Assembly (NCBI GenBank): GCA_040285825.1
Contig: JAUPSS010000010.1
Location: 1,238,881 to 1,302,880, forward strand
DNA: 64,000 nt
Origin: Eukaryota sp. TZLM1-RC
Lineage: Eukaryota; Protista; Metamonada: BaSk clade
Reading direction: 5' to 3'
The notes beneath the pieces were generated by a model. That model saw only the letters and a list, made by a program, of their open reading frames with translations, made no database searches and was not told where the DNA came from. Shown one piece after another: positions 12,900 through 23,351 of this stretch; positions within the stretch are counted from its first letter, which is position 1; each line of letters begins with the position of its first letter. The position numbers were made by a program, and so were the translations under genes.

Positions 12900-13450
12900 C
12901 AATTCCGATTTCTTCTTAATTTGAATATTTTTTGCAGCGGAAATATCTCTGTCATATACCATTAACCACTCAGTACAGATACGTATCTGCCATGAGCCTG
13001 CTTGAATATTCTCGGCCATGCAACAACTTCACAGTTTGCTTGTATAAAATTCACTGGTTGACATATGCTTCACGTCCTTTTGATGACAAAACGAATTTCT
13101 GAAAGCCCTTGCTGATCCATGTCAATTGACTTTTCGGCAATGAGAAGAAAAATTGGCAGAATCCACAGCAATATAGAGTTACTCAGGATGTCTAGCCGGC
13201 CTTTGAAATTTGTTGAGACTCTCTCTGACCCGTCTCTCTTTTCGTCTGCGGTGTTTGGTGTTTGGTGTTTGTTTTTTGAGTCATTATTTCTATTTTCAAA
13301 GGTCAAAAGAAGTTCATTACCATTAGTTTTCAGCAAAAAATTTGTAAATCTATTTTTCAAATTTTTTCTGTTGATATTAAATTTTTGGTAAGGACATTGC
13401 TTAATATTCGTTTCAGACATGTATTTTTGATAAACTCTGTTTTGGAAGAT
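12900..13450 (-). pseudogene. Possible highly decayed Fanzor-like remnant
   Basis: LKTNGNELLLTF resembles the Fanzor TDG.S...F wedge motif; YIAVD occurs in a shifted frame. Weak. Confidence 0.25.
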
Positions 13451-13619
13451 GATTTTTCAATAAATGGAAATTTTTTCACTCATAAACTAGGTTCTTATTT
13501 TCCTCACTTACCTTCCTTTCCAAGTTTTAGGACTCCCCGGGTGCTTTTTTCACCGTTTTTTCTACTCATCTTGGATAACTATTGTTTATTAATAGTGTGA
13601 TGATTAACTCCACACCTTC

Positions 13620-15719
13620 TACTTGTACAGAACTTTTCATACTACAACTTGATAAGAAAATGGCATTTCTCTAATCCACAGTACATTCCACAGCTTGCCG
13701 TGGTTGTTGAAGTCACAGCGAAGGTCGTTTTACGTTATTGATTACAGTGGCAAGCAGCTTTCTTTCACAAACATGTTGGACTTAACCAGTCCTTGTTGAG
13801 ACCTTGGCATGATACCTCATCCGACTATAAAACGCTTCTTCGAGGATCATATAAAAGTGTAACGCACACTTTATGATGTGTCTTTCCGATCTGGCTGGAC
13901 ATTTATATATATATATATATATATTGTTGCGGTTTAACAATCCAAAACCAGCTGGAGCAAGCCTTTCCACATATATTTAGACGACATAGACTCACTCCCA
14001 TCGCTAGTTTGAAGCCTGCTTTTGTCCCCTGTTTCACATGGGTTCTCAACAGTGTTCGGACACCACCACGTGGTTCAATTTTACCACCATGTGGACCACG
14101 TCGTGCCACCATGGTGATTTTCTTGGTGGTCAATTTCATTTCATTATTCCTTTTTCCTTTCTTTGTTCCAAATACCATGGCCTGGTAGCAAACATCCTGT
14201 ATTTGAATACATTTCCCCTAATAATGCTTATGATGAAGTAGAATATGCGAGAGGACGCCTACATGCCATATGTGACTTTTATTCATATGGATGAATGCTG
14301 AAATAGTGAAAATGATGGAAGAGATGGAGGAAATTGCAGAGGCAGAAGTTGCAGAGGCAGTCAACGAGCAGGACCAAGAAGTAGATTATCCACGGAAGTC
14401 CTATACGATCCTTGTTATTTCAGAAATCTTTATGTTTCGGAGGACATTGAGGGGGAATGATATGATCTGAAATGCGTTGTTCTTTGTGGTTGAGTTGTGG
14501 GATTGGTATTAGTTTCTAGAAATAAACATGTTTTATTCATAATGATTTGACAATGTCAGGAGGTAGCAGCATTTTATAGGGTAAAAAATACACCACCATG
14601 TGGTCCAATTTTACCACCATGTGGACCACGCGGTGGCGCATGGTGGATGGTGCCACCACGTGGTCAAAATTCCGAACACTGGTTCTCAACCATTTTATCT
14701 CCAAAAACACATCACAAACAATTTTGAAAAACTCTTATTTATTGTTTAAAACAAAAGCTAATGACTACACCATGTCTTCTAATGGTGATAGTGTCCGTAT
14801 AACTTTCAAACCGCACCCCAAAGCAACACGAGTGAGATTGTCCGGAGAAGCCTTGGCTAATAAGAGATCCAGAGGGGAACTTGATTACTATGGAGCCACT
14901 CAGAATAGAAAACATACCTTGCAAGCCAAGGTTGAACGGCCAATACCTCGCCAGAAACCAAAAGCTACTGAGTGACAGGCACCTGATGACCAAACGGAAA
15001 TGGTGTTCTGGGACATCGACCCCAACCACTCAAATCTATGTGGTTCCAGCATTGGAACACGTTCAGGGCCGACCGTATCCAATATCTTCTTGGCACCAAA
15101 GCAACGAAAAATCAATCACTCCGCTTCACTGACCCACTCATCAATAGATGTTTATGACGTGCAGAAATTGAACCATTATCTGCTTGAAATACCAACTATC
15201 GGTGACTATAGAGATTATGAAGGTAATAACGAAAGACGATCATTGCTAAAGCAGCAATTATATCTGAGTGCTCGAAAAGCATTGAGGAGAAACACATTTG
15301 ACTTCTTTATAAGAAAACAAAAAAGATTCAGCTCAATTTTCAACAAAGTGAAAAAATTTGCAAACGGTCGAGAAGTAAAGGTGTGGTTTGGCAATGGAGG
15401 TGGTGGTACATCACGTCAAAAAGTGAAAACACCACGTAAGGCGTTTCTCAAGTTGTTACAATGTTCATTTGCTAATGTGAAGATCGGAGATGAATATATG
15501 ACATCTGCAAAGGCGAACTGCTGCAAGATGCTACACCAAAAAATCCATCGAGAAGTTGATGGTGAAGTTAAGGTTCACAACGCCTATTTCAGTTGTCCAG
15601 AATGTAATCAAGTATGGTCTAGAGACATTTCTGCATCACTAAATCAGCTAGAAATTGCAATTAGTGAGCACTACTATGGAACAAGACCAGAAGCGTTCCA
15701 GAGACCACAAAGAAACTAG
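13620..15719 (+). pseudogene. Fanzor (eukaryotic TnpB-like RNA-guided nuclease), family A; interrupted by a hAT MITE and an in-frame TGA (14973-14975)
   Basis: RuvC-I WDIDPNHSNL, RuvC-II GDEYMTSAK, Zn ligands NCC...CPEC, RuvC-III WSRDISASLN. The frame is continuous across the MITE (RLTPIASLKPAFVPCFTW|VLNHF...SSNGDSVRITF). 5' boundary approximate. Confidence 0.85.
14050..14681. mobile_element. 632-bp non-autonomous hAT-type DNA transposon (MITE)
   Basis: 11-bp TIR CAGTGTTCGGA / TCCGAACACTG; 8-bp TSD GTTCTCAA (14042-14049 / 14682-14689); subterminal CCACCA(C/T)GTGG repeats. Confidence 0.92.
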
Positions 15720-15871
15720 CTTCAAAGCTACGTATTGTTCTAGAGGAGAAATGGGCTCACTGAGATTGGTGGCCAATTATTCGAGGATTCTAGAACTTCT
15801 GTGGACGCTCTCACCAAGGATGAAAGTTCTTGGAATAAGTTTGAATGATGCTTGAAGAAAGTATGCATTTC
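15700..15871 (+). ncRNA. Candidate Fanzor omega-RNA scaffold (family A)
   Basis: Hairpins TAGCTT-C-AAAGCTA, GTTCTAGA...TCTAGAAC and CCAAGGAT-GAAA-GTTCTTGG. The start (TTCAAA..ACGTATT) and end (TGCATTT) motifs are shared with 38403-38530 and 53031-53165. Confidence 0.55.
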
Positions 15872-15948
15872 AAATGAAATCCACAGATAGTATTTTCAGA
15901 CCACCACTCTAGATTCATTATCCATCTTTTCTTGTATTGAATTGTAAC

Positions 15949-16143
15949 ATGGACATTACTGTCGTTCACCTGATCATTGGTGCATGGTTTCTATGGATTT
16001 TCTACACCCTGTTCTGGTATTACTTTGTTCGACCACGACAACTGGCCTCCCTCAAGTCTGCAGCAGAGGAAGTTGATTCTGACGTTGAGTTTGAACAGTG
16101 TGACTACTCAAAATCCTCTCTCAACCATGAGCCTTCTCATTAG
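15949..16143 (+). CDS. Small single-pass membrane protein (64 aa)
   Basis: Hydrophobic N-terminal helix followed by an acidic tail; AT-rich 3' region. Confidence 0.55.
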   Translation: MDITVVHLIIGAWFLWIFYTLFWYYFVRPRQLASLKSAAEEVDSDVEFEQCDYSKSSLNHEPSH

Positions 16144-16335
16144 ATTGTACCTTCCAAAGCAAGTTCATTCAGATTCTATTTTACAAACACATTTTCTTTT
16201 TGAATTCATTAGCTTTTACTCAACGTTATTCATGTAGGAATATTATTTAAATCAAAATTTTAAATCAAAAAAATCAATTATTTTTTAAAAAATATCAAAA
16301 AAGGCTAGGAAAGACTATTAAATTCACAAACAAAA

Positions 16336-17265
16336 CTAAATATTTACACTTACAGTTCTCGATTGCTTAAACTTCCCTTCCTGAAAAGCACCAAACGAAA
16401 GGCCTCGATCCTCGGAACAAAAATAGAAACCTCTAGAAAATTGATTGAAACACATTGACCTTATTGTTTCAATAAATGGTTTCAGTACAATAGAATTATT
16501 TACATTTGATAACGGAGAAACTTTCAAATCACCCTGATGGGATCCACCAAAGACAATAATTTCATTATTAATTGAGTAAATATCAAGTAGATAATCAACA
16601 CCAAGAACTTCTCTGGGATTCTTGCTACTGACAACAGGTTCTACAGGAGTGGATGAAGAAACATCCCAGACAGAAAAAGTTTCAGTCAAGGTTGTGGTCC
16701 AGATAAAAGAATCAACAACCCCAAGTTTACACACCGCAGATTCTGCATCTAATACATTAACAATACAATCATCTTCAGATAGTTCCGGGTTAAATAAGTT
16801 GACTAGACCGTCTACTGATCCAGACAGAATGAGATCATTGCAAGGTAAATGATAGAGAGAAGTGACGGTGTCAGTGTGGAGAAAAGGAAAGTCCCTAACA
16901 GGACGAGTGGGGTTGTGGAGAGATGAAAGGAGTATGGTGCCAGTGGAAGTACCAACAGAGAGGCACGGTTGAGAGGGATGGAAGGCAATGCTGCAAAGTG
17001 AAGCTCCTGGGGAGGTTTTTAGCTTTGATATGGGGTCTGGAGAAGATCTTAAATCAAACAGTTGAATAAAGGAGGAATCTTCTGAGATTGTAGCCAATAA
17101 ATTGGGAGAAGATGGAGAAAAAGCAGAACCAGAAACAGAACCCTCAGGAAAACCAGGAAGTTCTATAAGAGGTCGAAGAGACAAATCAGTAACAATGACA
17201 GAATTAGCAGAGGAAACAGCTGCTACATATTCAGGTGAGGATTGAATATGTATTAGTCCAGCCAT
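16336..17265 (-). CDS. WD40 protein, WDR89-like
   Basis: LFDLRS, HTDTVTSL, LILSGSVDGLVNLF, ETFSVWD. Confidence 0.8.
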   Translation of the reverse strand: MAGLIHIQSSPEYVAAVSSANSVIVTDLSLRPLIELPGFPEGSVSGSAFSPSSPNLLATISEDSSFIQLFDLRSSPDPISKLKTSPGASLCSIAFHPSQPCLSVGTSTGTILLSSLHNPTRPVRDFPFLHTDTVTSLYHLPCNDLILSGSVDGLVNLFNPELSEDDCIVNVLDAESAVCKLGVVDSFIWTTTLTETFSVWDVSSSTPVEPVVSSKNPREVLGVDYLLDIYSINNEIIVFGGSHQGDLKVSPLSNVNNSIVLKPFIETIRSMCFNQFSRGFYFCSEDRGLSFGAFQEGKFKQSRTVSVNI

Positions 17266-17908
17266 TCTTATAGATGTTGTCTAAAACAATGGAACAGGTG
17301 ACTGTTTGCACCAATTTGGGTTTACAATGTTATTTACCCTAATTTTCGTTTCACACATGGACAAATCAATGTTATTTAAACAGTTTTAAACATCCTTCAA
17401 AACACCCACAGTGTATCGTCTTGGTAATGATCTTCCCAAAACGCTTTCATTCCAAGATTCTCTAATTCAACAGCCCACTTGCTTCATCCTGAATATGAAA
17501 TTTGAAATTTCGCTCAAAGCTATCCAATTCGCATCATTGACCGAATTCTGCTTCACTACTAACATTGCATATCTTCTATTTAAATTTCACTATGGCAATC
17601 TAGTTCAGCACACAGTGAACCCCATTACCAATAACCACCAGCTGACGTGGGCTTGGTATTGTGTTGGACCGTTATGACAAACAGAGGGAATAGACATTAA
17701 AAGAGAGTAAAAATTTGTTTTACTAACACTACTACAATAATTACATGTTTATTTACACGTGTTAAGGTCGCTTAACACGGCGTTGTTTTTTACTCACTAT
17801 GCAAGAAATAATTATTGATTACCCTTCGAAGAATTGGACCCTGACGTGCCTTAAACTATAAACAACTATAAACAGTTTACAAACAAAAAATATAAACAAT
17901 AGGAAGCA

Positions 17909-18638
17909 TTACATTAAACCAGCTAGCTTCGTACCAAAAGGAGATCTTTCAGGAAGAGTTTCATCATCCTTATATGTCTTACAGACTGTGTTGGGATAGA
18001 ACTTCTTGTACTTGTGGGACACCTTCTTATGGTTTATAAAGAACATGTCATCAACGTCATCCATTTCAGTGAGTGCATGAACAAACTTGTCCTTAACGCA
18101 CCATTTGGCTTCAGCATACATTTGCTGACCAGAAACTTCAACGACTTTCTTACCATGATAATTCGTACACTCAATGTCACCTACCTTCATAGTTTCAACT
18201 TTTTCAGCATCATCGGGAGGAAGCATAACTTGAATCATCATTTGCATGATAACAAGTCCTAGCTCGCCCTTAGCACGGAGACATTCGGTTCCCATAGTAT
18301 CGTCATGTTCATAAAGCACACCTCCTGTCACCCAGGAACGCGTAACAATTCCTTCTGCAGAGGTTTCTTCTAGATACATTTTCACGTTTTTGGTATCAAA
18401 GGCGATGGTATTCGTGTCTTTGTCACCCTTGTTGAAGTGATTGGCTGCAAACTGCGGATAGAGCCCACGTCTAAGAACAAAGCATAAAACAACAATGACG
18501 GCAACAACGATAACACTACCTCCAGCGGCAGCGATAAGCACCCAATTTTTTTTCCTACGATGGGCAATTATGAGAGACAAACTTTGGATAGTGAGGAAGG
18601 TCCGTGGGGTTAGACAAGGGTAGATAGTTCTCAGCCAT
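17909..18638 (-). CDS. Type II membrane protein with Cys-containing ectodomain; intron 18555-18582
   Basis: ATG 18638 plus a 28-nt GTTTGT...GTAG intron gives MAENYLPLSNPTDLPHYPKKKNWVLI, then a TM helix. Confidence 0.7.
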
Positions 18639-18733
18639 GGTTTGTTGAATGATCGAGATTGAGGGGGTCGGAATTATCGATAATAATCATTTCTGATAAA
18701 TGACATCATGTGTCCCTCAAATTTCTTTAATAG

Positions 18734-19600
18734 CAGTGTTCGGCCGTGCGTGAGATTTTAAAATGCCCCCAGAGTGCATGCACTCCGTGCAGCGCACCCA
18801 CACTCTGTCACGCACTCTGACCTTGATGAGCATGGCATATTTTTAACCTTATGTTTAATAAATAATTATCTGCGAAACTAGTTTAAGGGAAAACTTTTCC
18901 GTTTCTGAAACATCATGTCCACTAACACTGTTTCTGTGGATGATTTTTTAACTACTCTTCGAGAACCTGCCAAAAATGCTGAGGGCAACCATTTACATGG
19001 CCTATTTAGTGAATAGTGATCATGAAGGAGAGTTATTATAAAGATGTTGATGTGTTATGAAAAGGACAACATTATACTATTGCATTTAAAACGATCTTGA
19101 TTATAGGTACGTTATTCTTAATCTCTTCTTAAGTATCACGCTGTTCTTGAAGTGAAATTTTTCAACCACTTGTGCCTTTCGTGAATAGAGGGTTAATAGC
19201 CTACATTCCTGCTGAAAGTGCGAGAGAAGGAACTTTCCAAAATTTGTTCATATATTTCGTTCTGTGAATGGAAATGGTTTGGAGCCAGCAAGCTGGAAGC
19301 AATAAAGAATAGATGTTAAATAGATGTTGAGCACATTACTGATTCAATCAACAACACATTTTTAACAACAACAGAACTGATAGAACTCCTCTCTTTTGGA
19401 GTCCTCCCAAATATTATTTTCTGGTCTAGAATGAACTTATTGTTTAGTTGCAGCTGTAGCAAAATTTTTACTGGGTGCTATGCAAAAATTGACCACACAT
19501 TTACATTGACTCATCCGTTCTTCAAATGTGCATTTCTAGGGAAATTAAGAGTTGATGAGGGTTGTCGAAAGATGTTGAAATTTCTGTAATGAACAATTGA
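18734..19600 (+). mobile_element. Probable hAT left end with decayed internal sequence
   Basis: Starts CAGTGTTCGG, the same terminus as the 14050 MITE, followed by GC-rich subterminal repeats (GTGCA/GCAC). No right end found. Confidence 0.45.
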
Positions 19601-19989
19601 TTGCATATGGCTGAATGTCTTGATCATGTCAGTATTTATGGCAAATGTAAACAGAAAAGTAACAAGTAAATATGATCGATGAAACAGTCATTAACTATGA
19701 GCAAATTTATGGATTTAGAAGAAACTGAAGGTTGTTCAATTTTTGTTTAGATCGATTCGGATCATCTACAATAATCGTAATGCAATAAGTGAAAGTTTAC
19801 GAAAGAATAAAATTTGGTAATTAACAAGAATGAGGATAGAGTGAATATTGAATTAAAACATTGAATTTACGCTCAATTGCACTGTTTCAACGAAGGTTTG
19901 GAGTTTTCTGTGGATAAATTCAAGTCGATATTTTGAAGACCTCTTGATTCACTTTCTTCTTCTTGTAAATTTCCTGAATTTTTTGTAAT

Positions 19990-20137
19990 TGTTAGTCTTG
20001 AATAGTATTTATAGTTTAATTGTATAGTTTATTAGTATTTTGCCTATTAGTATAAGAAGAGAGAATACAATTCCTCTTCGTAATAAATTTCATTACTTTT
20101 ACATTGTATGTCGCAATCTAACGAGCAAAGACCATCA
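19990..20137 (+). mobile_element. 148-bp solo LTR related to the 23352-30810 element
   Basis: TGTTAGTCTTG...CCATCA with 4-bp TSD TAAT; aligns along its length with the 155-bp LTR. Confidence 0.85.
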
Positions 20138-21006
20138 TAATTGACTATTTCCTTTTAAGAGAAACAGGTTTTAAGGATGATGAGCTTTAGTTGTGTATTT
20201 GATTGTTCTATTTCTATTCGTCGGTTAATAAAAATAATAATATATTTTTTAGGGAAAATCTTCACAAAAATTCAGTCCCTTCACAGCGCAATTTGTCAAG
20301 AGGTAAATAAAAGATAAGGAAGAAAAAGGAAACTGGAAAAAAACAAAAAATTTCAACGGAGTAACAACGACCAGAACAGCTAGAGGGTAAATTGAGTTGA
20401 TGTTGATGACCACTAATAGAAATACAGTCGATAGGCATGTGGAAATTAGCAATCAATTTAAATTAGTAATCAACATGTCGGACATCGTGTCAGACAGCGA
20501 GATCATCTTGACTCTTCTCATTCTTCTAACATTATGCAGCGAAGCGAGAAAAAAGGAAAACGAGGTTACGGACCCGGTTCCCACTTCCTCGTTCAACCTG
20601 TTGTTCTGTGAACAACAGAGTATTTCCTCCCGAACTCCTCAGTCGGGAACAGTCATTCTGATCTACAGGAATAAAAGGAAGGTCAGAGCCTCGATTTCCA
20701 TTTGGAATCGTCGTTCTGATCCTTCCGTGGGGGTAGAGTATTGCACTTTTTCAGTCATCATGTGAGTCATGATATGGGTGCTGTTGAATCACACATGGTG
20801 ATAATCACCTTGGATATGGGATGTTCTCTGTGTTTTGTTTTGAATTATTATTTTGATGTTATTGAGCTTGTTGTTTTTTGTGAATTAGGTATTGACACTT
20901 TACATATGGGATGTTGTGTCTCAAACTTTTATTTCTATAATTTTGAATTTGATTATTATGTTTATAATTTATCTTTTCAATCCAGTAGCTGCCAACATCT
21001 TCTATC

Positions 21007-22641
21007 AACAAACCCATTGCTGTTGATTTAACAATGGATGGAGATGTTGAAGCAAATCCTGGTCCCAGAAAGAGAAGATCTAATTTTAAATCAACTCCTC
21101 CATCGAAAATTATTAGAAATGCGATAATTGACCAACAAACATCAAAGTGTAAACGAAAAATACAAGAAAAAGCACTGAACCGAGAAATTGGTATTGAGAA
21201 TACAATGTTGAATATCGGAAACAGGAAGATTTTGACAAATAAACCATCGAAACCGAGTATGGTCAGAATAACTGGGCCAAGTCTCAGTGGCTTCAAGCCT
21301 GATTCATTGATTCAGTTGAAATCAATGACCCCAAATTAAAATCTTTTCACTGTTATTTGCTTTGATCTTGAAACCTATCAGGATGGTTATCTTTACCAAA
21401 ATCATGATGACCAATTTCTCCCTCCTCACGAAATTATAAACAAAAAGCGAAAAGAGGGTGTAAATCTTTTGAAAAAGAAAACTGATGAGCAAATGGGCGA
21501 GTGGATTTCAGATCAAAAAGCGTTTTTAATTTCGATTGTTATTGGTAAGTTTGATCGCCATAATTTTTTTGGGAGATTAAATATTTACTTATAATGAGAA
21601 TTAGTCCTCAAGTCAGATTACCAGACATTGATATTGATGTTCAGGCAGAAATATTTTCTGACGAGAAAACCTTTCTTCATAGGTTCTTAAACCTTATTGG
21701 TAATCATCAACCCCATTGTTTTCTCAATCACAATTTAATACAGTTTAATTTACAGGTTTTAAAAAATAGATTAAATTATTTTGGTTTACCATTTCCCACT
21801 GTTCTAGATGATACAGCAATTGATGTACTCAATCAACTTTCACCAAGATGGAAAGAAGTTGTCATCTGGGAAGATGAAATTTTTCTTTTAGATACTTTGG
21901 TTTTTGTCAAACAATTTATCAAAATACCCTACGGAAATGGATTAGGCAATCTGGCATATAAAATGATAAATGGAACGAAAATCAAACTTCATCAGGAATT
22001 TTCCAATATTTTGCCAATTGATTGTTTAGCTATTTCTCCTTCTGAGGCAAAATTCAATTCAATATGGGTTTCATGATTGTTTCCTTTGTCTGAAACTTTT
22101 GGTGCTGTTTCAGAAAAACAAAATTATTTTATCATCTTATAAAACCATTCGAACAACCGTCAACTCAATGGTTAAACATTCAACTGTGATACTCAAATTG
22201 AGAGAAACTGCTGTAGAATTTCCACAACTACGTATTAACACCACATGTTGCTTAAAGCTGTATTCACAGTCTCGTTTTGAACGTAATTTTATACCACCAC
22301 GAATATCTGCCCAATTATATGAATCATTAATGGCCAGAATTCGTTATATTTCAGCTGAGTATTATGGGCAAGATATGGTGAAACCAAAAAGTGCATTTCC
22401 ACAGGATTTTGAAAACATTGTTTATAGTGAAGGAGATTATAGATTATCGACTACCTTTGAACAACAAAAGTTGAACAAAACTATAAGTGATGTAGACCAT
22501 TTGAGATATAGGCATGAGTTTTTTCCACGATTTCCAACTGATGGATTCAGTAGACCACCTGAGTATATGGCCCCAGTAATGTTTACCAATTTTGAGAATA
22601 ATTTGAAACTAAATTATGAAAAACATATTAATTGTTTTTAA
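21007..22641 (+). pseudogene. Decayed polyprotein-like ORF: 2A/StopGo motif, then a PolB-type 3'-5' (DEDD) exonuclease domain
   Basis: DLTMDGDVEANPGP at 21025-21066; VICFDLETY in the same frame past one stop; FSDEKTFLHRFLNLI...P...NHNLIQFNL..L..R and LLDTL after a frameshift. Confidence 0.6.
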
Positions 22642-23351
22642 CTGGAATATTTATTGAGAAAAAAAATCTATCTAGAATTCAATATCCTCCAAACAAGCGT
22701 CACTATTACTGAACCTACTCACAGCATTACGTTCATATTCTACACCGACAGCTAAAAGTGCCATTGAAATCATTGTAGGAATAGACTTGAAAATGCAAAA
22801 AACAATTCTATTTAACCAGAAAGTGGAGTTCATTGTTTTACCAGACCTATTCAGTAACCCTGAAGGTCCAATAGTGCCAAAAAGAGAAATTGCAAACGGT
22901 ACAAACTGATATTTCACATGTTCCACTCTACCTAACTGTGCCAAAGGTTCTTCATATTTTTTTATCTTCTTTTTTTGGGCGTTAGATAACGGCGAATCAG
23001 CGAAATACACTAAACGAGCAGCAGAATTTTTGCAAACATCAACAGAGACAATATCTACAACATTGAGAACACCATCGATCCCTGGAGCTACTAAATCTGC
23101 CCTTCTTTTACCAAAGGAATCATCAATTTGATCTGAAGACAGCTTACGTACTAGTGGCTCAATAAATGCATCTATATTGAAATTTTTGCACATGGCATAT
23201 AATTGATCACGAACTGAGTCATGAACAATTGAGCGATAAGTTATAAAATACTTACAGTTTAAAATATGGGAAGGCGTAACAACACTCTTGCAGCGACAAA
23301 TAAAATCATTTGGTGAAGAACAAGGCCATAGAAAACATCTCATTCTCATTG

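Noticed and set aside
13904-13924. (TA)n microsatellite
   Set aside because: Ordinary slippage tract within the Fanzor pseudogene.
14050-14681. CCACCA(C/T)GTGG repeats as a CRISPR-like array
   Set aside because: Irregular spacing, no spacers, and fully explained as hAT subterminal repeats.
14973-14975. In-frame stops in TE ORFs as evidence of an alternative genetic code
   Set aside because: Host genes end in TAA, TAG and TGA, and the same TE copies also carry frameshifts.
18601-18616. GTGGGGTTAGACA similarity to the LTR end
   Set aside because: Short match inside exon 1 of a host gene; no other LTR features.
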